A DNA stretch of 64,000 nt, taken from assembly GCA_017427385.1 (NCBI GenBank), contig JAFRSW010000011.1:94519-158518 (forward strand), written 5' to 3'. Both the position numbers and the translations under genes were made by a program. Each line of letters starts with the position of its first letter. Within the stretch, counting starts at the first letter, position 1. The notes under the pieces were generated by a model. That model was not told where the DNA came from. It did not search any database and was given only the letters and a program-made list of their open reading frames with translations. This document shows positions 38,905 through 48,742 of this stretch, one piece after another. Source of the stretch: Bacteroidales bacterium (GTDB taxonomy: Bacteria > Bacteroidota > Bacteroidia > Bacteroidales > UBA932).

Positions 38905-40362
38905 TTATTCGTCTTTCGCGAAGCCGAAGTAGACGGACTTTCCGTTGGCATCCACGCCCTCGATGTAAATGGCCCTCTTGCTGCGGTACGCGATATCTAT
39001 CACTTCCCGAGGCTTGGAAACAGGCTGGTCGTTCACATAGAGGATGACCGTGCCGTCGGTGGCACCCGCCTTGGCGAGTGTGCCGTTTCCGGCAGAGACG
39101 ATCTCAACTCCCTTCTTGAGCCCGAGCTTTGCGAGCTTGTCCTTGTCCGCTTCCTTGAGCGAGCCGCCGTAGAATGCGGTTTCACCCTCATCATTGACGG
39201 TGCCGGTTATACGCTCCGTGCCCTGGAAAGTCACAGGGAGTTCCTTAACCTTGCCGTCGCGGACAATCTTGAGGACAGCCTTGTCGTCGGGATGGAAACC
39301 GTTGACCTTTTCCTGAAGTGCTGAAGGCGATTTAACGACCGTAGAATCTATTGCAAGCAGGATATCTCCTTCCTTGACTCCGGCCTTGTCTGCCGCTCCG
39401 CCCTTCGAAACCTCGTTAATATATACGCCGTCCAACGAAGAAAGTTTCATTTTATCTGCAATTTCCTGGGTGACCGGGCTCATCGTCACTCCGAGCTTCG
39501 CACGCTTGACGGAACCGAAGTCGATGAGGTCGCCGACAATCTTCTTCACGATGTTAGAAGGCACCGCGAAAGAGTATCCTGAATAGGCACCGGTCTGGGA
39601 CACGATTGCAGTGTTGATACCCACCAGTTCGCCGGCCTTGTTCACGAGAGCGCCGCCGGAGTTTCCGGGGTTGACGGCGGCATCGGTCTGGATGAAGGAT
39701 TCGATCTTGAATTCACGGGTGGTGTTGGGCATCGAGCGGCCCTTTGCACTCACGATACCGGCTGTGATGGTGCCGCGGAGTTCCTCTCCGAGCGGCGATC
39801 CGATTGCAAGCACCCATTCGCCCAGGCGGAGTTTGTCCGAATCCCCGATGGGCACGATGGGCAGGCCGTCGGCCTCGATCTTGATGAGGGCCACGTCGGT
39901 AGCAGGGTCGGTGCCGATGACGCTGGCCTTGTAGGATTTGTTATTATTGAGGGTAACCTCGATTTCGGTAGCACCCTGCACTACATGATTGTTGGTGACG
40001 ATATAGCCATCTTCGCGGATAATGACGCCGGAACCGCTTCCCTGCTGCACACGCTCGCGGGATTGAGGCTCTCCGGGATTTCCAAAGAAGAAGCTGAACG
40101 GATCGAAATTATAATACTGCTGGGTGGTCTTGACCGTCACCTTGACGAACACCACGGCATCCACCGCAGACTCGGCTGCATATGTGAAATCCGGATATTT
40201 TTCTTGTGACAGATTGACAGTGCGGTATGCCGAACCGTCAATGGAATAGGATGTCTGTGTAGTTGCTGTCTGGGTTTCAGGCTGATTGGCTTTAACGATG
40301 CCGAATGCGGTCAGCCCGCTCAAAAGTACGGATGCGATAACTGTTAGCATATTCTTGTTCAT
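38905..40362 (-). CDS. degP: Do/DegP (HtrA) serine protease with PDZ domains
   Basis: GSGSGVI, TNNHV, TDVAL, QTDAAVNPGNSGG. Confidence 0.92.
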   Translation of the reverse strand: MNKNMLTVIASVLLSGLTAFGIVKANQPETQTATTQTSYSIDGSAYRTVNLSQEKYPDFTYAAESAVDAVVFVKVTVKTTQQYYNFDPFSFFFGNPGEPQSRERVQQGSGSGVIIREDGYIVTNNHVVQGATEIEVTLNNNKSYKASVIGTDPATDVALIKIEADGLPIVPIGDSDKLRLGEWVLAIGSPLGEELRGTITAGIVSAKGRSMPNTTREFKIESFIQTDAAVNPGNSGGALVNKAGELVGINTAIVSQTGAYSGYSFAVPSNIVKKIVGDLIDFGSVKRAKLGVTMSPVTQEIADKMKLSSLDGVYINEVSKGGAADKAGVKEGDILLAIDSTVVKSPSALQEKVNGFHPDDKAVLKIVRDGKVKELPVTFQGTERITGTVNDEGETAFYGGSLKEADKDKLAKLGLKKGVEIVSAGNGTLAKAGATDGTVILYVNDQPVSKPREVIDIAYRSKRAIYIEGVDANGKSVYFGFAKDE

Positions 40363-40498
40363 ATCTTTTGTTTTTATTGTCTTTTGCCGGATTCTTAAAA
40401 AATCAAAAGATATGCCAAATTATTCGCCATTAATTCCTATATTTGCAGTTACCCTCGCGCGAGAGGGCGTATGTAGGATAGTAAAATAGAGAAGATAT

Positions 40499-41620
40499 AT
40501 GGAATTCAACGTTTCAAGTGCCGAATTGCTCAAAGCCCTGGTGGATGTTTCCAAGGCCATCCCCGCAAAGACAACCCTGACCATCCTGGAGAACTTCCTC
40601 TTTGTCGTTAAGGGTAACAAACTCGAGATCACAGCTTCCGACCAGGAACTCACCCTCCGCACCAACGTGCCGGTTGAAAGCGTGAAAGAAGAAGGCAGCA
40701 TCGCCGTGCCCGCACGCCAGATGATAGACCTCTTCAAGGCCCTTCCGGACCAGCCGGTCAACATCCACACCACCTCGGATTCATCTTTCGAGTGCGTATG
40801 GTCCAACGGTAATTCCGCACTTCCGTTCTTCCCCGCAGAGGACTTCCCCGAAATCAAGGGTGCCGGCGCCGAAGCAATCACCATCACCGTTCCGGCCGGG
40901 AACCTGGTGGACGGCATCAGCAGCACCATCTATGCCACGGCAGACGATGAGATGCGCCCTGCGATGAACGGTATCTTCTTCGATATCGCCCCCGAGGCTA
41001 CCACCCTGGTGGCATCCGACTCCCACAAGCTTATCTGCTACACCACCGACGAGGTCAAATCCGAGGCAGTGGCATCCTTCATCCTTCACAAGAAGCCCGC
41101 AGGCGTGCTGAAGGCCATCGTAGACAAGGAAGCCGGAGACGTCACCGTCACCTTCGACAACGCCACCGCGGTCTTCACCTTTGGCGAAACCATGATGGTC
41201 TGCCGCCTGGTAGTAGGCAAGTATCCCCGCTACCGCGATGTCATCCCTCAGAACAATGCCAACGTGCTCCGCATCGACAGGGCCCAGCTCCTGAACACCG
41301 TTCGCCGCGTGGCAGTCTGCGCCAACAAGGCTTCGAACCACATCAAGTTCGAGCTCAAGCCCGGCCAGTTGGAAATCACCGCACAGGATCTCGGCTTTGC
41401 AACCGAAGCCTACGAAAAGCTCGAGTGCGATTACAGCGGTGCAGATCTCGTCATCGGATTCAAATCTTCCTTCCTCATCGAGATACTTGGCAATATGAGC
41501 TGCGAAACTGTTGTGCTCAAGTTCGCCGACGCCCGCAGGGCGGCACTGATTGTTCCTTCCGAAGAAGAAGCCGAGAGCGAAAAGATCTGCGGCATCCTGA
41601 TGCCGATTATGGTTTCCTAA
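40499..41620 (+). CDS. dnaN: DNA polymerase III beta clamp
   Basis: ILENFLF, DEMRPAMNG, VASDSHKL, YPRYRDVIP, ILMP end. Confidence 0.95.
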   Translation: MEFNVSSAELLKALVDVSKAIPAKTTLTILENFLFVVKGNKLEITASDQELTLRTNVPVESVKEEGSIAVPARQMIDLFKALPDQPVNIHTTSDSSFECVWSNGNSALPFFPAEDFPEIKGAGAEAITITVPAGNLVDGISSTIYATADDEMRPAMNGIFFDIAPEATTLVASDSHKLICYTTDEVKSEAVASFILHKKPAGVLKAIVDKEAGDVTVTFDNATAVFTFGETMMVCRLVVGKYPRYRDVIPQNNANVLRIDRAQLLNTVRRVAVCANKASNHIKFELKPGQLEITAQDLGFATEAYEKLECDYSGADLVIGFKSSFLIEILGNMSCETVVLKFADARRAALIVPSEEEAESEKICGILMPIMVS

Positions 41621-41631
41621 AGCAAGTCACT

Positions 41632-42585
41632 ATGGATCTGAATCTTACAAGGCCCCTGATTTTCTTCGACATAGAGAGCACGGGGCTTAGCATTCCTGCA
41701 GACTCTATAATAGAACTGAGTTTCGTCAAGGTCTTCCCCGGCAACCCCGAGCCGGAGGTCAAGACGTGGAAGATACGCCCGTGGGACTATGAGAACAACT
41801 GCCAGCGCCACATCAGCGAAGACGCTTCCAAGGTGAACGGGGTTCACGATGAAGACCTCAAGGGCTGCCCCCTCTTCATAAAAGTGGCAGGCGAGATAGC
41901 CGAATGGCTGAAAGACAGCGACCTGGCCGGATTCAACTCTGCCAAATTCGACCTTCCCATGCTTGCGGAAGAATTCGAACGCGTGAAGCAGTACTGCAGG
42001 ATGCGGATATCTTCTGCAGAAGCTCGGGAACTTCTCGCGAAAGTGGAGACAGTCAACCTTCACGAGCCCCTGATGGTCGACGTGCAGAATATATTCCACA
42101 CCATGGAGCCCAGGAACCTCCGCGCCGCCTACCGTTTCTATTGTGGAGGTGAGGATTTCGAGAACGCCCATGCCGCCGAAGCCGACACCCTGGCCACATT
42201 CGAGGTACTCAAGGCCCAGCTGGACCGTTACAAAGAGCCCGACAAATACCGCGAGCAGGTGCTCAAAAACGACGTTCAGGCTTTGGCTGCATTCGTCGGA
42301 AAGAAATACGTGGACTTCTCCGGCCATCTTATCATGGGTGACGACGGCGAGGTCTACATCAATTTCGGCAAACACAAGGGCAAGACCGCCCGCGAAGTAT
42401 GGAAGGCCGAACCGGCTTATTATTCCTGGATACAGGATGCCAGTTTCACCCTCGATACAAAGGCTCAGTTCGCCAAACTGGAAAAACAATTCAGGGCCGA
42501 ACGCGATGCCGCCGGCAAACGCCCTGCCACCGCAAACGAACTCGAAGACCTGAAGAATAAATTCAACAACGGAAAACTGTTTTAA
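41632..42585 (+). CDS. DEDDh 3'-5' exonuclease (DnaQ/epsilon-like)
   Basis: FFDIESTG, GFNSAKFD, AHAAEAD, NFGKHKG; follows dnaN. Confidence 0.88.
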   Translation: MDLNLTRPLIFFDIESTGLSIPADSIIELSFVKVFPGNPEPEVKTWKIRPWDYENNCQRHISEDASKVNGVHDEDLKGCPLFIKVAGEIAEWLKDSDLAGFNSAKFDLPMLAEEFERVKQYCRMRISSAEARELLAKVETVNLHEPLMVDVQNIFHTMEPRNLRAAYRFYCGGEDFENAHAAEADTLATFEVLKAQLDRYKEPDKYREQVLKNDVQALAAFVGKKYVDFSGHLIMGDDGEVYINFGKHKGKTAREVWKAEPAYYSWIQDASFTLDTKAQFAKLEKQFRAERDAAGKRPATANELEDLKNKFNNGKLF

Positions 42586-42597
42586 CATTTATCAGTC

Positions 42598-44004
42598 GTG
42601 AGACTCATACCTATCTATACCTGGAACAAGGGTATACGCAATTTCGACATACGCAGCAAGCGTTTCAGCAAGCAGCCCTGGGCGCAGGGGGTTATTCTCC
42701 TCGCGTGCGTGATGATAGCGATGCTGCTGGCCAACCTGCCCTTCACGAAGGTCTTTTACAACGATTTCCTACATACTGCATTCACCCTTCATATAGCCAG
42801 CCCGGACGGTGCCCTGAATCTGTATGTGCCGAAGGATCTGACTGTGGAGAAGCTCATCAACGATGTGCTGATGATGGTTTTCTTCTTCACCGTAGGTCTG
42901 GAAATACGCCGCGAGATCGCATACGGCGAGCTTTCCTCCCCCAGGAAGGCATTGCTGCCGGTGATAGCGGCATTCGGCGGCGTGGTTGCTCCCGCGCTCA
43001 TCTATTCCCTGGTGAATCACGGCGCTGCGGCTGCATCAGGATGGGGAATTCCTACGGCCACGGATATTGCCTTCGCCGTGTGCATCCTTTCGGTGCTCGG
43101 AGACAGGGTACCCATATCGCTTAAGGTCTTCCTGACCGCACTTGCCATTGCAGACGACCTGATCGCCATCCTCGTAGTGGCATTCTTCTACGGTGGAGCA
43201 ATACGCTTGAACCTCCTGCTGATTGCCATTCTCGTCATGGCATTCATATTCCTTCTCAAGCAACTGGGAGAGAAGCACGTGTTCCCTTACCTTTTGCTCG
43301 CACTGGTAGTATGGGTGCTGTTCTACTATTCGGGCATCCACGCGACCATGTCCGGGGTGGTGATGGCTTTTCTCATCCCCTCAAGCCCCCGATACAACAA
43401 GTCCCAGTTCGAGCATAGATGGCTTAAATACACCAGACGCTTCAACGAATTTGCCGATGTGCCTTCAAATGCCTTCCCTAACGGCCCACAGAGGCACTGT
43501 TTAAAGAAACTGGGCAAGATCGGAAAAGGCTCGATGGATATGACATACCGTCTGGAAACAGCCCTCTCTCCCTGGGTCAATTTCCTGATCATGCCGCTGT
43601 TCGCCCTTGCGAATGCAGGAGTCGAGATAGCCGATCCGAGCTACTTCAACGTATTCCATTACGAGCCTGTGCTTGGTAGCGTAAGCATGGGCGTTTTCCT
43701 CGGTCTTGTTTTGGGCAAGCCCATAGGCATTACTTTGTTCAGTTGGATCGCTATCAAATGCAAGGTGGGAGAAATGCCCGCCAAGGCCACCTGGCCGATG
43801 TTCTTTGCCGTTGCATGCCTCGGTGGCATAGGTTTCACCATGTCCATCTTTGTGGACACTCTTTCTTTCAGCGACCTTCTGGATGCGCACCAGCTGCGGG
43901 ATATGGGAAAAATCGCCGTGCTGATGGGCTCTCTGTGTGCAGGCGCCCTGGGATCAATTCTGGTCAGCATTATTGCCAAGAAGAGTGAAGTTCATAAAAA
44001 ATAA
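42598..44004 (+). CDS. nhaA: Na+/H+ antiporter NhaA
   Basis: INDVLM..FFF.VGLE, GWGIPTATDIAF, LAIADD, SGIHAT, GIGFTMS. Confidence 0.93.
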   Translation: MRLIPIYTWNKGIRNFDIRSKRFSKQPWAQGVILLACVMIAMLLANLPFTKVFYNDFLHTAFTLHIASPDGALNLYVPKDLTVEKLINDVLMMVFFFTVGLEIRREIAYGELSSPRKALLPVIAAFGGVVAPALIYSLVNHGAAAASGWGIPTATDIAFAVCILSVLGDRVPISLKVFLTALAIADDLIAILVVAFFYGGAIRLNLLLIAILVMAFIFLLKQLGEKHVFPYLLLALVVWVLFYYSGIHATMSGVVMAFLIPSSPRYNKSQFEHRWLKYTRRFNEFADVPSNAFPNGPQRHCLKKLGKIGKGSMDMTYRLETALSPWVNFLIMPLFALANAGVEIADPSYFNVFHYEPVLGSVSMGVFLGLVLGKPIGITLFSWIAIKCKVGEMPAKATWPMFFAVACLGGIGFTMSIFVDTLSFSDLLDAHQLRDMGKIAVLMGSLCAGALGSILVSIIAKKSEVHKK

Positions 44005-44038
44005 CTATATTTGCATCCCCGTTCCCAGTGGACGGCAC

Positions 44039-44110
44039 GCCACTTTAGCTCAGCGGTAGAGCAGCGCATTCGTAACGCGCAGGTCGGGAGTTCAAATCTG
44101 CCAAGTGGCT
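44039..44110 (+). tRNA. tRNA-Thr (CGT)
   Basis: GCCACTT/AAGTGGC acceptor, loop TTCGTAA, TTCAAAT T-loop. TATATTTG promoter at 44006-44013. Confidence 0.88.
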
Positions 44111-44112
44111 CG

Positions 44113-44140
44113 AAAGGCGACCCTTAAGGCCGCCTTTTTT
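44113..44140 (+). terminator. Intrinsic terminator after tRNA-Thr
   Basis: AAAGGCG...CGCCTTTTTT. Confidence 0.7.
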
Positions 44141-44175
44141 GTTATTCTTCCATAATAATTGCTATTTTTGTAAGT

Positions 44176-45303
44176 ATGAACGTACTGAAATACTTACTTC
44201 CCGCTTTGCTGGTCTGCAGCATTGCAAACGCAACGACACCAAAACTAAATGAATTCCCTGCCAGCGACTCTCGCATAACCTATGTGGCACGCACACTGGT
44301 TGAAGGCAACGACGTTTCTTTCGACTGGACCGGTTCCTACATCCGCATCGCATTCGAAGGCAGTTACCTGGCCGTCACCCTGAGCGACAGCGGCAAGGAC
44401 TGGTTCAACGTTTGGCTCGATTCCCCCTTCACCAAGGATGCTGACCGCATCCTTACCGCCAAGGGAGACACAACCCTGGTGCTCTGCGATGCGGACATCC
44501 TGAAGGCGAAATACGGAAAGAAGGTGCCGAAACAGCATACGGTCATATTCCAGAAGCGCACCGAGGCCAGCCAGGGCAGGGTTACCATCCATAGCTTCAA
44601 GGCGGAAAAGATCCTTCAGGCGGAGCCCATAAAACAGAGGGTTATCGAGTTCGTGGGCGATTCCTTCACCTGCGGATACGGCGCCGAGAACAGCAAGCCA
44701 TCCGATCCCTTCCGTCCGGAAGATGAGAACCAGAACCACACCCACGCAGCCATCCTGGGCAGGTATTTCGATGCGGACATACTGGTTGCAGCACATTCCG
44801 GCCAGGGCGTGAACCGCAACTACAACGACGGCGGCCGCGGCTATACAATGGTCGACCGCTACCTGCGCCTTTTCGACGCCTCAGATCCCAAAGACAAGGA
44901 TGCTCCCAAATGGGCGCAGGAATCTTTCCCGGTCAAACCGGCAATCACCGTCATCTACCTGGGCGAAAACGACTTCTCCCGCCAGCGTCAGCCTTCCAAA
45001 CGCGCCTTTACCGAAGACTATATAAAACTCCTGAAGGAAATCAAGGCTTTCTACGGCGAGGATCACCCGATACTCTGCGCAGCACCGAGGATAGAAGTAT
45101 TCGAATATGTGCAGGCGGCCGTGGAGCAGGCCGGCATGAAGAACGTGACCTATACCGGCATATTCCGCCAGGCTTTCCTGATGAACGAAACCGGATCCTC
45201 ACATCATCCGGCATACCCCGCCCAGCGGAAGATTGCCCACAACTTCATCCCCTATATCTCTACCCTCACCGGGTGGCCGATACAGGAGAAACCCATTCTG
45301 TAG
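44176..45303 (+). CDS. SGNH/GDSL esterase, carbohydrate esterase family 2-like
   Basis: IEFVGDSFTCGYG, AHSGQG, LGENDF, HP motif, N-terminal CE2-like beta domain, signal peptide. Confidence 0.82.
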   Translation: MNVLKYLLPALLVCSIANATTPKLNEFPASDSRITYVARTLVEGNDVSFDWTGSYIRIAFEGSYLAVTLSDSGKDWFNVWLDSPFTKDADRILTAKGDTTLVLCDADILKAKYGKKVPKQHTVIFQKRTEASQGRVTIHSFKAEKILQAEPIKQRVIEFVGDSFTCGYGAENSKPSDPFRPEDENQNHTHAAILGRYFDADILVAAHSGQGVNRNYNDGGRGYTMVDRYLRLFDASDPKDKDAPKWAQESFPVKPAITVIYLGENDFSRQRQPSKRAFTEDYIKLLKEIKAFYGEDHPILCAAPRIEVFEYVQAAVEQAGMKNVTYTGIFRQAFLMNETGSSHHPAYPAQRKIAHNFIPYISTLTGWPIQEKPIL

Positions 45304-45318
45304 GGGCTCCAAACAGAT

Positions 45319-46833
45319 TTATCCGCAGTAGAAATACTGGGCCACCAGACGGCGCATCAGCTTGGTGTCGCCGCGCGCCTCGCGGTGCAGGGATTCATCG
45401 TGATAGGAACGCAGGGACTTGATAATGCCGTCTATCATGCGCGGGCGGAACACGTCCGCATCCTCATAGACCGAACGGACCTTCTCCAGGCACTCGGCAC
45501 TCTCCGTGCAGCATGTAGGCAGCTGCTCGAGGGTGGCCAGACGCGCAGCATTCTCGCTGCGGTGGATGTCCATGTCCACGTACTTCTCTTCCGCGATGCG
45601 GAGAGCCTCCTCCCTTGGCATTTCCAGGCCCTTGCGGGCAGCCACGCATAGTCCGGCCATAAGCTGGTAGATGTCGGCGGAGCAGTCGGGGCTGCGCATC
45701 TCGAAGGTCTGCTTGGCGGTTGTATCGTGATCGGCCTGCTGCTCAAGGGGATTCGCCTTTGAGCACATATCCGTGCCGGAACTCCAGCCCAGGGGCACGC
45801 GCACCAATGCGGAACGGTTGCAATCCCCCCAGCAAACATTCGTAGGCGCTTCCTGATGAGGCACGAGGCGGAAGTAGGATGTAGGGTTCTTGTTGCCGAA
45901 AGCGGTGATGGACGGGGCCATATTCATGAGTCCGGCAATAGCGCGCCGGGCCTCCTCGGAGAGCCTGCCGTCCGCACCCAGGGTGACATTCCTGCCATCC
46001 TTCATCAGGCGCATGTGTATATGCATGCCGGACCCGGCCTTGCCGGTAGTGATCTTCGGGGCGAAACTCACGTCCAACCCGTACTTGAAGGCCAGGTTAC
46101 GGATAACCCACTTTGCCAGAAGCAGTTGGTCTGCGGCGGTATCCACAGGATTGGGCAGGAACTCTATCTCATTCTGCTCATAAATCTTGCCGTCCAGGGT
46201 GAAGTTGCCCACCTCGCTGTGGCCGTATTTTATCTGACCGCCTGTCTTGGCCACATGGTCCATGCAGGCACGGCGGAAGTCGTTCATCTTCGCAAACGGC
46301 TCACTCTCGTGATAACCCTTCTGGTCGGTGGCCGGGAATAGAGGATCCTCGTTGCATATCACATAGTACTCCAGCTCGCCCATGGCCTCGAACTGCATGC
46401 CGGTGCTCTCCTCGAAAGCCTTCTCAGCCCTCATCAGAGTAGCGTAGGGAGCGCAGTCGAAGGGTTCTCCGTTCTTGTCGAAGAAGCTGCAGAGGAAGCA
46501 CAGGGTGGGAATCTCGTTGAAGGGATCCACAAACGCTGTGCGGTAGCGCGGAAGCACGTACAGGTCGCTGTTGCCCGCCTCGATGAAGGTCGGGAACAGG
46601 CTCGAGCCGTCCACGCGCTCGCCTTCCGTCAGGATGGTTTCCGCATACGCGAGATTATTAATGGTGAAATTCAGTGTCTTCACGCGCCCGTCTTCGGCGG
46701 GGTACATGAAATCGATCATCCGGATGTTCTTTTCGCAGATGAACGTGAGCATATCCTCACGGGTGAAGGTCTCCGGAGACTTTTCCAGGAAAGAAACCAC
46801 CTCGTTGGGATTCAAAGCAATTCGTTTGTCCAT
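45319..46833 (-). CDS. glnA: Glutamine synthetase type I
   Basis: DGSSLF, ELEYY, HSEVG, GKAGSGMHIH, RLVPHQEAP, NRSALVRVP, EMRSPD. Confidence 0.92.
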   Translation of the reverse strand: MDKRIALNPNEVVSFLEKSPETFTREDMLTFICEKNIRMIDFMYPAEDGRVKTLNFTINNLAYAETILTEGERVDGSSLFPTFIEAGNSDLYVLPRYRTAFVDPFNEIPTLCFLCSFFDKNGEPFDCAPYATLMRAEKAFEESTGMQFEAMGELEYYVICNEDPLFPATDQKGYHESEPFAKMNDFRRACMDHVAKTGGQIKYGHSEVGNFTLDGKIYEQNEIEFLPNPVDTAADQLLLAKWVIRNLAFKYGLDVSFAPKITTGKAGSGMHIHMRLMKDGRNVTLGADGRLSEEARRAIAGLMNMAPSITAFGNKNPTSYFRLVPHQEAPTNVCWGDCNRSALVRVPLGWSSGTDMCSKANPLEQQADHDTTAKQTFEMRSPDCSADIYQLMAGLCVAARKGLEMPREEALRIAEEKYVDMDIHRSENAARLATLEQLPTCCTESAECLEKVRSVYEDADVFRPRMIDGIIKSLRSYHDESLHREARGDTKLMRRLVAQYFYCG

Positions 46834-46845
46834 TACAGAAATTGG

Positions 46846-47244
46846 TTATTTATATAGTTTAAGTGTTGCAATCAAAGGGGTTGCCGGTGCGGTGCTTTCC
46901 GGCTGTATTTTAATGTCGCACCCGAGGTGCAGTTCGGCCGCCTTGAGACGCATGGCCATAATGATTTCCCCCGCCTCCACCAGATAGCGTCTGGGAGACG
47001 TAGGCCCCAGCACCCGTATCATCCCCTCCTTTTCGTCCGTCTCGTACCTAAAAGATTCGGATTCTTTTATTATGGTTCCCGCCCGCAGCACCGCCTGCAC
47101 TTGTACTGGCATAACTGATGCGTCGACCGACGCATCAGTCGACAATCTCTCAAGCAATCCCTCTACGGAAGCGGACGGACGCCTAACGGGAGCTTTGCCG
47201 GAACGGAACTCCTCCATCTTCTTCTCCAAATAGTTATCTGCCAT
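46846..47244 (-). CDS. Hypothetical protein, possibly a degenerate nitroreductase-fold protein
   Basis: MADNYLEKKMEEF start and AGEIIMAMRLKAAELHLG resemble a nitroreductase helix; recognition by eye. Confidence 0.45.
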   Translation of the reverse strand: MADNYLEKKMEEFRSGKAPVRRPSASVEGLLERLSTDASVDASVMPVQVQAVLRAGTIIKESESFRYETDEKEGMIRVLGPTSPRRYLVEAGEIIMAMRLKAAELHLGCDIKIQPESTAPATPLIATLKLYK

Positions 47245-48742
47245 TTGCAGCCGCCTCCGCACAGCGAATACCGTCTATAGCCGACGAAACGATGCCACCG
47301 GAATACCCGGCACCTTCGCCGCAGGGATAAACCCCCTGCATGGAAACATACTCCAGAGTTTCCGGGTCGCGCGGAATGCGCACCGGAGACGATGTCCTGG
47401 ACTCGACACCCAGGAGCAGGGCGGCATTATTATAATAGTTGCGGATCTTCACCCGCGGGAATACCTTGCGGAGCCTGTCCGCGATCATGGGCGGCAGCAA
47501 TTCATGCAGAGGAGCGGAAATCACACCGGGATGATAGGTGGTCTCCGGCATCTTCTTGCTGATCTTTCCAAGGCAGAAATCCTCCATGCGCTGGGCAGGG
47601 GCCGCCATGGGATTCTCCGCGCCATTCGCAGCGCAGAAATCATACATCTTCTTCTCCACCGAATGCTGGAAATCCATCAGGCGGAACGCCGAATCGCCCG
47701 GAACATCCTCCGGCTCGATCTGCACCACTACGCCGGCATTGGCGAATTTGCCGCTGCGGGCGGAATTGCTCATGCCGTTCAGTACAACTGTGCCAGGCTC
47801 GGTGGAAGAGGGCACCAGGATGCCGCCCGGGCACATGCAGAAGGAGAACACGCCGCGGCCGTCCTGCTGCTCCACGAATGAGTATTCCGCGGCCGGCACG
47901 CCAGGTTTCCAGGTGCCGTGATACTGCGCCCAGTTAATCTTCTCCTGAGGATGCTCCACGCGCACTCCCATGGCAAATCCCTTGGCCTCCAGAGTGCCGC
48001 CCCGGGCCGCCAGCATCTCATAGATATCGCGTGCGGAGTGGCCTGTAGCCAGGATTACGGCCTTGCCAGAGTATACTTTTCCGTCGGCCGTCCCGATCCG
48101 GAAAGCGCCCGGCTCACCCTCAATGGAGACCACCTTCGATTCGAAGTGATACTCCCCTCCGTGGGCCACGATGCACTTGCGGATATTCTCCACCACCACA
48201 GGCAGTTTGTCCGATCCTATATGAGGATGGGCGTCGATGAGTATGTCTTTCGACGCGCCGAAATTTACCAGTTGCTGAAGCACCTCGCGTATGTCCCCTC
48301 GTTTGGAAGAACGGGTGTAGAGTTTGCCGTCCGAGAAAGCGCCTGCTCCGCCCTCGCCGTAGCAATAGTTGGATTCAGGGTTGACCAGACCGGTCTGCGA
48401 GAGCTTCGCCATATCGAACTTGCGGGCATGCACGTCCTTTCCGCGCTCCAGGATCACGGGCTTCAGACCCAGCATCAAAAGCTTCAGGGCGGCGAACATT
48501 CCGGCAGGGCCGGCGCCCACCACGATAACCGGCTCGGCCGTTGAAACATCCTGATATTCAGGAAGTTCATAGGGCTGATACTCACCCGGGGCATAGGCCT
48601 CGTACCTGTATCGCCACACCGGCTCCTTGCGGGCATCGATGGAACGCTTCACGGCAATCCACTGAAGGCCGCCTGCCTTGGCTTCTATCTCTTTCAGGCG
48701 CGGTTCCCGCGTCAGGGGGCAACTTATCTCGAACTCTTTCAT
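47234..48742 (-). CDS. FAD-dependent oxidoreductase (COG2509-like)
   Basis: VGAGPAG, GEGGAGAFSDGKL, ATGHSARD, SFCMCPGG, GEGAGYSGGI. Confidence 0.88.
   Translation of the reverse strand: MKEFEISCPLTREPRLKEIEAKAGGLQWIAVKRSIDARKEPVWRYRYEAYAPGEYQPYELPEYQDVSTAEPVIVVGAGPAGMFAALKLLMLGLKPVILERGKDVHARKFDMAKLSQTGLVNPESNYCYGEGGAGAFSDGKLYTRSSKRGDIREVLQQLVNFGASKDILIDAHPHIGSDKLPVVVENIRKCIVAHGGEYHFESKVVSIEGEPGAFRIGTADGKVYSGKAVILATGHSARDIYEMLAARGGTLEAKGFAMGVRVEHPQEKINWAQYHGTWKPGVPAAEYSFVEQQDGRGVFSFCMCPGGILVPSSTEPGTVVLNGMSNSARSGKFANAGVVVQIEPEDVPGDSAFRLMDFQHSVEKKMYDFCAANGAENPMAAPAQRMEDFCLGKISKKMPETTYHPGVISAPLHELLPPMIADRLRKVFPRVKIRNYYNNAALLLGVESRTSSPVRIPRDPETLEYVSMQGVYPCGEGAGYSGGIVSSAIDGIRCAEAAANGR

Noticed and set aside
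15589-44110. tRNA genes lacking an encoded CCA
   Set aside because: This is normal here, since the CCA-adding enzyme is encoded at 12884-14314.
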